From Paecilomyces variotii (lineage: Eukaryota): 64,000 nucleotides of DNA. The position numbers were made by a program, and so were the translations under genes. Where the stretch lies: assembly GCA_004022145.1 (NCBI GenBank), contig RCNU01000011.1. One strand, written 5' to 3'. Below are positions 1-11,388 of this stretch, piece by piece (position 1 is the stretch's first letter; every line of letters begins with the position of its first letter). The notes under the pieces were generated by a model. That model saw only the letters and a list, made by a program, of their open reading frames with translations. It was not told where the DNA came from and searched no databases.

Positions 1-860
1 TTTCTAGATCACCAAATGGCTGGTCCCCGAGAATGTACTGGAGCGGTACTCCCCTGGCCCTCTCGCGGCACATTGACCTCAAATAGCTTCTCCATCCCGT
101 CGCTCCGAATCGATTTGTTCGCTGTGAGGATTTCTGCACGGCCCATTCGCGTAACCAGCGTAGTTCATTTTGTGCTGAATCGTGAGTACGGCACTCCCGT
201 AAAAGCAGCGGCAGCAGATGATCCTGCTGGTAAGCTCGCAAAATGGCGGGAATTGGTAGTCGTGGCATGAGAAAGAACAGATAGATAGTGTGGTGAGATC
301 TATGGTACTCCACGAAAGCTTCTGAAAGTACTTAACTAGTTAGTAAGTTACTTGAGTACTTATTATTAAAGCCAATAACTCATTCATATTACTTTCCTAT
401 AGATTAAATCAAAGTACATAACCAACTAACTTCAATATTGACTAAGAAAACAATATAAGACAATATTAAAAATATAATCTGCACTATTGAATTCAAGATA
501 CGAGTTATAATGATACACGGCCTGTTGCTTTCACGCCTGTTGTCAGGTCACGCAGCTCTTGGCAAGCTTTGCGGTCTTGGCGCGAGGCGCATGCAGTAGA
601 GCCTCTCTCACCTTGACCTCATACGTCTTGTCGCGTCTGTATTGATAGAAGGTCTCTGCTTCCTATTGTTATCAACGGCCTGCTCGTGTCTTCTTCTAGA
701 CGCCGTTTGTTGTTTCTTTCAACTTTCCGCTGACCGAGCTTCTCAAATCTCGAACAACCTTGTTATCTACACCAACCTTGGACCATCTACCCAACCTCTT
801 CGACCTGATTTGCCAGCACTCATCTACCACGACATCCAGCAACTCAGTGATCCCAAAGTC

Positions 861-1978
861 ATGGAACAGGCTCCACAGGGCACCGGGCAACAACAGAACC
901 GGCCGCAACCTGTATATGATATCAGAAACGGGGGCCATTATGGTTCGCTCTCCGCACTTTCTCTTATCAATGTTTACCCTTGAAATCTGATTAGTCTTAC
1001 TAACCATCGTTCTTGGTATAATCATAAAGCTAACAATGGTAATGCACAGGGGCGAGCGCGGCGGTACGTTAACCTTTTCCAATTTTCTTGAACATTGACA
1101 ATAGAATTCCTGGAATCTGTTCGGAGCCTGGTGCTGATGATGCGTCCTTTAGCTGTCAGCGCAAGGATATGCGCCCGTCGCGGAGCTATACACCGGCACT
1201 TGGGCAAATGTGAGTTGCTGAGGAATCATGCGCTTTGTCGTCCAGCCTTGTGTGCTTGGAGAGTGGGCGGACGGTTGTCTGACATCGATGGTGGTTATAG
1301 GTAAACCAAGGCCTCCAAGGAAATTCTCGCGATATTCTCACTACTTATTGGCAACACACCATCAACCATCTCGAGACAGATAACCATGATTATAAGATAC
1401 ACCAGCTACCTCTGGCGCGCATAAAGAAAGTGATGAAAGCCGATCCAGAGGTGAAGATGATATCTGCAGAGGCTCCTATACTTTTCGCGAAGGGCTGTGA
1501 CATATTCATTACTGAATTGACCATGCGAGCCTGGATTCATGCCGAGGACAACAAACGACGCACCTTGCAGCGGTCCGACATCGCTGCCGCTCTTTCAAAG
1601 TCCGACATGTTCGACTTTCTGATTGACATAGTACCCCGAGAAGAAGCTACTTCGCACACAAAACGGTCAAGTCAGACGGGTGGCACTGCCGCGCCTGCAG
1701 CGGCTGCCCCTGCAAGTGCAGCCGGACAACTGCCGCCCTCACAGGGAGTTCAGCATCAACAACACCACATGGGTGCACCAGATTACGGCTCACTTGGCCA
1801 GCATGCTCTGCCTCAAGACCAGGAATACCGACACCAGCCAGCAATGTACCCGGGAGCAGTACAGTCAGATCCAGCCGCAGCATACGGACAACCGCAACCA
1901 CAGATGTTTGAGGGGATGTATGCTGCGTATCCCCACCTTCCACCACAACAGGTACGATTTCTATTCATCGAGCCATAG
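861..1978 (+). CDS. hapE: CCAAT-binding complex subunit C (NF-YC / HapE / Hap5), spliced
   Basis: ATG 861. Exons 861-942, 1050-1063 (14-nt micro-exon, GASAA), 1153-1209 ([19 protein letters not shown]), 1301-~1951. Histone-fold motif [44 protein letters not shown]. The true 3' end is uncertain because a GTACGA donor at 1952 probably leads to a short last exon. Confidence 0.95.
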
Positions 1979-2358
1979 GCAATATTATAGCCGAAGGCAG
2001 GCCAATTATTCGGGTTTACTAATGAGTTGGTTCTGAATCAAGTGATTATTCGCGGATTGTTCGGATAGTGCCATTTCAGTCCGATTATTCTAAAGGACAC
2101 AGCCCGGTGCGCTTAATGAGAGCAGTACGCCTAATGTGGTGGGGACTGAGAATGATCAATGACTTTGGAATGACCCTATATGCAGAAATTTATTGCGTGC
2201 ACGTATTCTAGTTTCTATCAGGAAATTTAAGTTGCAAAGTTCTATTTGCGAATATGCTCGTATTCGAGTAAGATAAGTAAGCGTTAAATTGACCACATGA
2301 GGCCGTACTGTAATGACAAAGGCTGTAAACATGCCGTTCGGCAGACATTACCGTTTCA

Positions 2359-5122
2359 CTAAGACTTCATACCAAATCTCGAGGAAAGAGCCGAGAATTT
2401 ATCGGTCTTCGCAGGGCTCTGGACGGTGCGGGTAAGTCTAATCGCTTGTTAGCATATGTCCGAGTCCCAGTCAGAGATCGCGATGCATACTTTTCCAGCA
2501 AAACGGGCCCGTTAATCGCATCCACACGTCCGTACTTCTTGTTTCGTGTTGAAATATCATAGAATTCGTCTGTGTTCTCTGCCTGCATCAAATGCACCGT
2601 TTGCTGTAACTCGTCAAGATTCTCTCGGAGAATTGGCACGCCGAGACTGTCCACAAATTCGGCGAGATATTCTACATCCTTCGCTAGAGCAGCAACGCCA
2701 TTTGGATTAATCTTTTTCACCTCTGCTGAAAGGGGCAGTGACTAGAACTCCAGGTCAGTACCCTGAACATCATCGGTAAGCGGAGATTGGAGCTGATACC
2801 AGAACCATGTTCGCCGCGTGACTAAGAGCGTCGAAATAGATCAGTTCCTTGATCTCAGTAGGAAGGCCAAGGAGCGTTGAGTTCATTATGTTTGAAAGAA
2901 ACCGTGTAAGTGTCTGCATGTAATTGCTCGGCTCCGTAGGGGGGGACGGCGCTGTCCAATCGTACTCTGCAGTTTCGATAAGGTCATCAATCTTCGAATT
3001 AACGACCTCAAAGATACGCTTTTCTGCTGCTTTCTTATTGCTCCTGAATTTATCAGTCGCCTTTAAAGTGACAACCCCTGCAGTCGAGGTCTGTGCTCGC
3101 GCGGCAGCAAGGAGAGTCTCCAATTCCCGACAGGCAGACTCAAAGTGCTCGAGATTAATGAGGATTTGCACTATTTGCCCAAGATACTGCGAGCTAAGAC
3201 GCTCAACGAGAGTCTCGCACACTTTATCCGACAGAAGTTCGTCCAGCGCCTAGTCAGTTTTGTGAGATTAGAAGCCTGTCCTATATAGGTGATGGTGTCA
3301 CATTCTTACATCTTTCAAAGTCTCATCGATTACATCTGGATGGGGGAAATCATCACTAGAGAAAAAATAGAATTGATTTAAGAAGTTTCGAATGTCGATA
3401 CAGCACAACGGATACATCTGCGAGAAGGGTAGGACACACGGGAAACTACTGGTAATTAGCAAGAGCCATGCAACAATCAAAGCGTACTACACTCACGTCT
3501 GCTCTTCCTGTGGTTTGTCCGGAGTGTACCAGCTCACATTGAGAACTTTGTCATATTCCTCGGCGTTTTGAATGGGCATCGGCATGTAGTCGTCGGTCGA
3601 GACGATCTGACCATCCATGAGCATCGACAGCGGTGTTAGAAGATGAAGTAGGGATATACCTCTTGAAAGTCGTCACTGAATCTCTTCTTGAGTAACTCCG
3701 CGTACCTCTCGAAAACGGACAAGAGAAAATTGTCGAAAGCACCGACAGGAAAATTCCATGTCTAATAAGAATCAGAAAATGTTCGAAGAATCACCATGGT
3801 TTGAAATAACGAACATCCATCGCCTGCATGAATAATGTAATAAGGTTTTTGATTTTTAGAAGGCTCTCAGCATTGTCGACTTCAGGGAGCGCCTTCGATA
3901 TCAAACCAACAGCTGCGTGACACATGGACTCCCAGAGTTCGTCAACCTGGAAGTGGTCAAGTATAAGCATGGAGCTTTTCAAGGCGAGGTATTATCTGAT
4001 TGGATTGGTACACTCACATCCACGGGCGATCGCAAGTTTGGGACTTTCTCCATCGTTGACCGCTCTACTATGGCAAAGCCAGACATTTCCTCTAGGAGTG
4101 TGTGCAAACTAGCACCATCTTCGTCTAGGAGAGATATTGAAGTGGGGAGTAAGAGCTCCTTCTGCCGCCGTCGCGTGTTGGCATATTCGACTCTGAATCT
4201 ATCCATCTGGCCCAACGATTGGTGTATATGGAGACATTCGAAAAGTGGCGTGAAGTCGACTTGCAAGTCATCGTTCTGAAGCAGGTCATACTCCTCATGC
4301 TCGTCAGAAACCAATTCAATGGCCGAGTTAAGCTTGAATTGTCCTATATACGGGTTCTTCTCTGCTCGCTCCTTCTGCCTTCTCTTTCGCAAGTCCGTGT
4401 GGTAGAGAGATATTTCACCCAAGTATTGTGACATTTCGCGAATGCGATAAAGCCATGTGTTTAGGTCTGACATCACAGCCTCGGCTATGGCTCTTTGGGT
4501 CACAGGCACGGATCTTTGGATCATTTCAGCAATTTTGTACTGAGTAACACCCTTGAGATGAACGTTTTGGAGCTCATCGAGGGCTCGCAGCGCCGCATAG
4601 TGATTCCTCTTAGCAAGAAGGTCATGAACCTGATTCGCCAGGCGTAAAACCTCGAGGCAGTCCTGCAGCGCTCGGGACGTTTCGTTGATATTTTGGCGGT
4701 GCCCTCGGGATTCCACCAGTGCCTTCTTTTGTTCCGCCAACCGTTCTGTGCTGGCCTGAATAGACTGATTAAGGTCTAGGATCTCCGAAGTCAAGCTCAC
4801 AGTGCCCTCACGGATACGTAAGAGTTGATTGACGGATGTAACGAACTCCTGGTGGTTCGTGTTGCACATGGTCTCTATCTCCGCTTCTTTGTCGCCAGCA
4901 AATTTGGAGAGCGACTGCAGCAACTGGGAGGTTCGATTTCCATGGCTGTATTCTCGGATTGAAGGTATTAACTGGTCAAGGTAATCAGAGTCAGAGGGAG
5001 AAATGATGATCTAGGTTCCATCACGCAAGTTAGCAGACTCCATTTATTAGGATCAATGAGTAGACACTGACCTGATTGAGCACATGAAGGGGATCTTTGT
5101 GGCTAGGCACAGCAGAAGGCAT
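2359..5122 (-). CDS. sec15: Exocyst complex component Sec15, multi-exon
   Basis: ORF pieces 3979-4923 (KEAEIETMCNTNHQEFV; VDFTPLFECLHIH), 2770-3222 (QIVQILINLEHFE; IFEVVNSKIDD) and 2367-2720 joined by GT-AG introns. Start MPSAV at 5122, end SRFGMKS* at 2359. Confidence 0.92.
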
Positions 5123-6999
5123 CTTGACATCCACTATAGCTAACCTGCTGTTTATTCTGTCGGCCTGAGTTATGATTGTAATGACAATTAGGATATTGAG
5201 CAATTAGCCATCCAATATGCAGGAGCTTGAATGTAAAGCAAAGTGTCTAATTGAACAGCACAGTATATAATAGTGATGTCAGATACTTATGAAAGATACT
5301 CACAAAAGAAGTCCATAAAGAGTGAATAGAGTATTTGAGATTCTGGACCCCGTTTGTCGCAGCTCATTGCTAAGGTAGACTAGGGCGACCGATAGGGACA
5401 GTTTAGCCGCTTCCGCTCTGTCACGACTCACCGCCCTGGCATTAGATAGAGGGAGATAAGATAACGCTAACCAGGTAGGTAACTACCTTCATAGTATAAG
5501 ACATCTAGTTAGGTACCTATACTAGCGAGCATAAAATATTGTAAATTCATAGCAACAGGTCTGAAGTTGCTCAACGAGTATCAACAATGATCAGCCGCCT
5601 GTTATTACCTACAATGTATGCCTAAGTAGTGCGGCTCTCTGGGAAGTTACGAAAGTACGCATCTTATCGTTAAGTCCTTGGAAATTTCGTCCTTTGGGAG
5701 TAATTCGAATCAGGTGTATGTGTATAAGGCCACATGACATCGTTTCTCCTTTTCTCTTTTCTTGTATTCAACAGTGCCACGGTGCCATCTATGGCCGGAG
5801 TGTACTCTCTCGCTGCCCCTCTTTCCACTGCTCCTCTTTCCACTGCTTATTACTTGGTTACTTCAGTGGGTAAGCCACGATGAAGCGTAGTGTTCCTCCA
5901 AGACTTGCTGATCTCCTTGCTGGGTTGGGTCACATATGCTGTCTTCCTACCACTCTCATTGTCTAGGCTCTATCTGCCCGAGATAGTTTCTCCAGCTCAA
6001 TAAGTATCGAGTTTTGGGTATATAACATAGGTCGCGGCGCGATTGACCAGACACGAGCGACTCGCAAATTCTATGACCCATGTTATAAAAGTCCAGTCCC
6101 AGTTGTCAGTACGAGAGGATTATGTAGAATATTCTCAACGGCGTACTGCATTGGAAATTTCAAACGGACCTGTATGCGTTCTTAAGGTTCAGTCTATAAT
6201 TCTTTCCTTTGCCTTCCACCACGCAGAATATCACTCACATTGCATCGAATCGTGTCATATGCATTACCTCAGGCTTGCTTATGATCTACAGTCTAGTTAC
6301 GCTAGATACCCTTTCTATAGATGTACGTTCAAACAGCTGAATATCTACCTATGCCGCCGTAGCTCTTCTGTGGTAAACGCATAGGCCCTGATGCTGCTCT
6401 AGGTTGCTGTAATGTGATTGCATAGAACCACCTGTTAGAGTCCATATCCTATGCTTTTGTATGTGGAAATCTTTCTATATCCTCAGAACTGCTATATAAC
6501 CTCGCAATTTTCTTTCATAACTCTTCAATTGATCAGAAAATATGTTACTTTCTATGCTTTATATTCTCCATAGAGGGAAGTTTTTAAGGCATTCCTATAG
6601 GACTTGCAATCAGAGGTTTAGAGAGTGAGAGTGAGAGTGAGAGTCAAAAATAACTTCCCTAGCAACGCAACGTCACAACGTAACCCTGCTGTTTTTCTTC
6701 TTTTGTTATCTTTGTTTCCTCACTTTTACTCTTATCACACGTGCTGTCTGCTTCGTCTGATCTCACCCAGGATCTTACACACTTCGTCCCATGTCCATGT
6801 GTTTTCTCTACTGCTAAGTCAAAGTTAATAGCTGTGAGTACAGCAGTTTTTGATACTTTAAATACGTGTTTTTTGACTCTAACCCTGTTATTTCCTGCCA
6901 CCAGTACACTGGAAGACACAGACTCTTCAATTCACGTGGCCCTAGTGTCCATATTTTGTTCCTATCCTGGCTGCAGCTCACTGAGAGCCAGTCTCTAAG

Positions 7000-9807
7000 A
7001 TGAGGACAGAAGATTATATGCATCCTAGTAGCAGTCCCCGTACTTCCAATGGTGGCGCTTCTCATCATGATTCCCCTGACACCAAACTCACCACGTATTC
7101 TCCGGAGGACCTGCGATCGAAAGGTGTCTCGGGGCCTACAGCCTGCAGTGCATCGAGCGAGGACGAGCTAAGGGAATTCTATGCAGCGTGAGTATCCACA
7201 GAGTCAATTAAAATACAGTTTCTGAGCTGTTGGGCTAATAATTATATGTAGACTTGGTCCAGACCCTTTCATCGCTCCCCCCACGGGCCATGGTCGCGTG
7301 CAGCTATCTCCTACGGCCTCAAGTTTCACTCCCCTTGGTCCTGCCAGTGGGAATGATCAACCTTCTGCCCGACTGCTCAAGTCCATTGGATCTGGAGTGA
7401 GATACCTGGCAGCCAATTCGGAGCCGGACCACGGCCTGCTGCGTAAAGGTAATGAGAGGCTTCCAGATCAGATCATCTCCGACTTTGGTCCTATTGGAAA
7501 AGCGAAAACTGGCAATGAGCATAACCATTCTTCGCCCATTATTATTGGTCAGTTTGACCAGGAGAGACGTAGCCGCGCATTCGTTATTGAAGACGTTCCA
7601 ACTGGCTTGTCTTACTTAACCCTTGCTGGCTTTTTCAGTGTAAGCATGTGTGTTTTCCTTAAGCTAATACTCTTAACTAACTATTACAAGCGTCGTGAAT
7701 TCAGAACCCTCAAGGGTCCGGTACTCTCAGAGCTACGGTCGAAGGGTAGGATTTCCGTTGCATTCACGGATAGCCGCGAAGCGCAAACCGCGATGAACAA
7801 GATACATCATCTCCGGCCTGAGTGGCGTATTCATCCGCTCACTGCGAAGGAGTACGCTCAGCGGCACGAGATGTCTCTTTCGAACCAGGTCTCCGATTTC
7901 GAGGGTCAGATCTTCGTCTCTGTGTATTATGATAGCCGAGACCCCAATCTTCATGAGCAGGGTGTCGCTCAATCACTTAAAGATCTGGCTGAGACTTTTG
8001 GTGACCTGAAACTATTCCACGCTGTGCCCACAGGCCAGGATAATGTTAGCGACTTCCTCATCGAGTTCTTTGACACACGAGATTCAGAGAACGCAGTGGT
8101 GACCCTAAATGGGACATCTGTCAATGTGCGTTACGTTAAGAACCCTCATCATTATCAGAAGACTGACATAGTATCAGAGTTGTTTATTGGAGGTCAAGTT
8201 CTACAAACCAGATGTCAACGATAGTTCTAGTCGGAACTCGGTTGCGACCCCAATGAGGCAGATATCTCCCCTTCGAGGGACTGCAGGAAACCACCTGTAT
8301 CCTTCCAGTACTATGGGCTCCCTTAGCAGAGTATCGCACAGCCCTTACTTCGAATTGAGCCCTACTGGGCGCTCTACAGTACCACGCGGAGAACGAGCTG
8401 GTCTGATGGAATGGACCCGATTTGAAGAGCGCAATGTCTATCCTCCCCGGGCCGAGATTTCCCGTTACTCTGACCCTCGTTCTACAAATCAGAACTTTGT
8501 TGATGTGGAAAGAATTCGATGTGGACTTGATGTCCGTACAACGGTTGGTAATTCAACTTCCATAACTTGGTATTAGACAACTGACATCAGATAGATCATG
8601 CTTCGTAATATCCCCAACAAGATTGACCAGGTAAAACCGGCTTCACACTATTTACTTTTACTGTACAGAAAGATATCTGATAATTTATAGGCTATGTTGA
8701 AAGAAATTGTCGACGAAACAAGCCGTGGGAAATATGACTTTATGTATCTACGTATTGGTATGAGTAGGAGTACTTGCACCCGTGGGGAACGTATCACTGA
8801 CTTACACCTACAGATTTCGCGAATAATTGCAAGTCAGTAACCCACCTTACTGTACGCTCAGTGAGCATATCATAACATCCTTTTAGTGTCGGTTATGCAT
8901 TCATCAACTTCGAAGATGTGAGTTCTCATATGCACACAAATATCCTCTCTTCTTGTCTCGTTTTCTTTCTCCTTACCCCGCCGAGTTCGTACTATTGCTA
9001 ACTTGAGTCTAGCCAATTGATATTATTGATGTGAGAATCTCAATGTAATAGACTTCCTAGGAATACTGACTGAGGCACTTAAGTTCGTAAATGCACGATC
9101 TGGCCGTAACTGGTACGCACTCACCATGAAAGACTTATATTACTGATCCATGCTAATTTTCTGATTATGAAGGAACTGTTTCAACAGTGATAAAGTTGCG
9201 GAGATATCATACGCCAGTAAGTTTCAAGTTTCAATAGAGCCGTGTTATGATCTGCTACTAAACTTTACCTAGCGATCCAAGGCAAAGACTGCTTAGTGCA
9301 AAAATTTCGCAATAGCTCCGTGATGCTAGAGCATCCGTCTTTCCGTCCCAAGGCAAGATTACAGTTTTCCGCTGGCAAATAACTTGTTCTCTGATACATC
9401 TCAGATCTTCCATACCGGTACTGGCCCTCTCGCTGGGACTGAGGATCGATTCCCGGGACCAGATAACCCTTCGAAGATGCGCCGCAGCGTCGAGAATGCG
9501 GAGCATGTCGGTATGTAGTAGCCCGAACAGCTCGATGCATACCTAGCTTGTTCTGCGATTGACATATCTACCAGGTTTATTCGCACCGCGTGTCGGCCAG
9601 CAGTATCGTGATGAGCAGCGCCGCCGCCGTTCACAGTATGACCGTGGAACAACTGCCGCTGAACGTGAAATTGTCTATGTTCGGACCTGCACCCCAAGGC
9701 GCACCCCTGCGATGATGAGCGGACCAAGGAGCGCTCCCTTAACCCTCCCTGTCTTCAAACCATGGTACGAATCTCAGTCCTCTCCCCGGGGACCTAAGAC
9801 TTCTTGA
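7000..9807 (+). CDS. mei2: Mei2-like RNA-binding protein with C-terminal Mei2-type RRM3, many small exons
   Basis: The spliced RRM3 reads DVRTT-IMLRNIPNKIDQ-AMLKEIVDETSRGKYDFMYLRI-DFANNCN-VGYAFINFED-PIDIID-FVNARSGRNW-NCFNSDKVAEISYA-TIQGKDCLVQKFRNSSVMLEHPSFRPK-IFHTG, the Mei2 signature. Upstream RRMs lie in ORF 7298-8224. Confidence 0.9.
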
Positions 9808-10551
9808 AGATCGAGTCACATGTCCATGTACCCTGCAGCGATGTCGCTATTTTTTGCGCCGCTTGTTGAATACTCTAAGTTGTTGAGAAGCCTTGAGGTG
9901 TTTCTCCGAGTTACCTTCTACATCCCTTCAGTCCATTCTGTGATGTTTTCTGCAGTCCGTTGGTTTTCGAGGAACCCCTAACCGAAAAAAAGGAAAGAGG
10001 AAGAAGCGAAGGAAGAAAAAGGAAAACTTTGTTAGGCCCTTTTTGGAGCTCTGCTGCGGCATCTCCAAGACTCTAGGCGTCATGGATGGACATATCTTGT
10101 TTGGGTGTTAAGTAGCTCTTCCTCGGCTCGCGCGCTGTGGAGTATTCCTTCGGTAATAACAGCTGATTTCGATGATTTGTAATGACACATGACAGTAAGC
10201 TTATAATTACATGCTGTAGACTCGTATAAATACTGGTATGATTTTTTTTTGAACTGAATATGGTTCTTGGGCACTGTACTTATATATACAAACTCTCGGG
10301 AATAGTTACCATATTTCGCTTAGCTTCCATGCGGAACCTACCTTTGCTACGCTTGCAGAGATCTGCACTCCGATCCTTCGGTAACCGCAACTTTGTTCCA
10401 ACTACACCGTGACAATTATTGCAACTATGAGCAAAAAGCTCTATGCATGTGATGGGGAGGTCTAACGACTGTATTCCAGGCCACGGAATTCCTGGACCTT
10501 GCTCCTTCGTGTCAGGTTGAGCTCAGTCGGTAATACGCGCGATTCATCACG

Positions 10552-11271
10552 ATGTCCACCAGATCTCCACTGGCAGGCGATGAAATTCGTACGATCCACT
10601 CCATGACCCATATGATTTATCATCGCAACAAAAACCAGCACAGCGGCGCCAAGTGGTGGAAATGGCTTCGTATATTGAAAAGCTCTATCTACAATCTTCT
10701 GATGGCACTTGAAGACGACATAACTGGAAATGCTGTTGCAACTTACGAAGACCACCTTCGAAGGCGTCTTATTCCCAGATGTTACCTGTATGTTTAATGC
10801 ATTTGCGCTTCTCTTATTCGACATGTTACCAGTATTCCATCCGCAGAACTGACTTTATATCGTAACAGGGCCTTTTCTGCAGTTGTCGCAGATACGCAGT
10901 TCTCCGCTCTTGGCACGGTTTTATTAGCCATAGTTGCTCGCGTCGCAGGAGTCGTTGGGATACAAGAAGAGAATTTGCAAGAATCACCCGTTGCTTACGA
11001 TGAAGTCGATAAGCCCTCATACGGCGTGGCTTTGGGCCAACCTCAAGACATAGGGGAACCAGTTCACCGAGCAACTAATGCCCCGGCACTTACTCGTCAG
11101 CAAGCGGATGATGAGTTGACTGCCGCAAGAGTACGACGTCCGAAAAGTAAAAGCGCAAGTGACGATCAAACCTCAGCACCGAATCCATCCAAGAGCAAAC
11201 GACATGAGCCGTCTACTCGCAAGAAGCGAAAGAAGAATGCTATAGATGACCTCTTTAGTAATCTACTTTGA
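10552..11271 (+). CDS. RNase MRP subunit Rmp1-like protein (2 exons)
   Basis: N-terminal IYHRNKNQHSGAKWWKWL motif, then an intron (~10789-10868), then AFSAVVADTQFSALG, and a basic tail KKRKKNAIDDLFSNLL. The family call is from recollection of these motifs. Confidence 0.7.
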
Positions 11272-11388
11272 TCAGATGAAATCCATGAAGCTTCTATTAA
11301 CTCAAATATTCTGAGAGCGTCATGTTGCGTTTGTGGGCACCATCGAGTGCCAAAGAGATAGTTTGTTCCATTGGCATTATCATCTAGA

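Noticed and set aside
642-860. Apparent N-terminal extension of HapE
   Set aside because: The ORF-track start is TTG; the first ATG in good context is 861 and matches the expected N-terminus.
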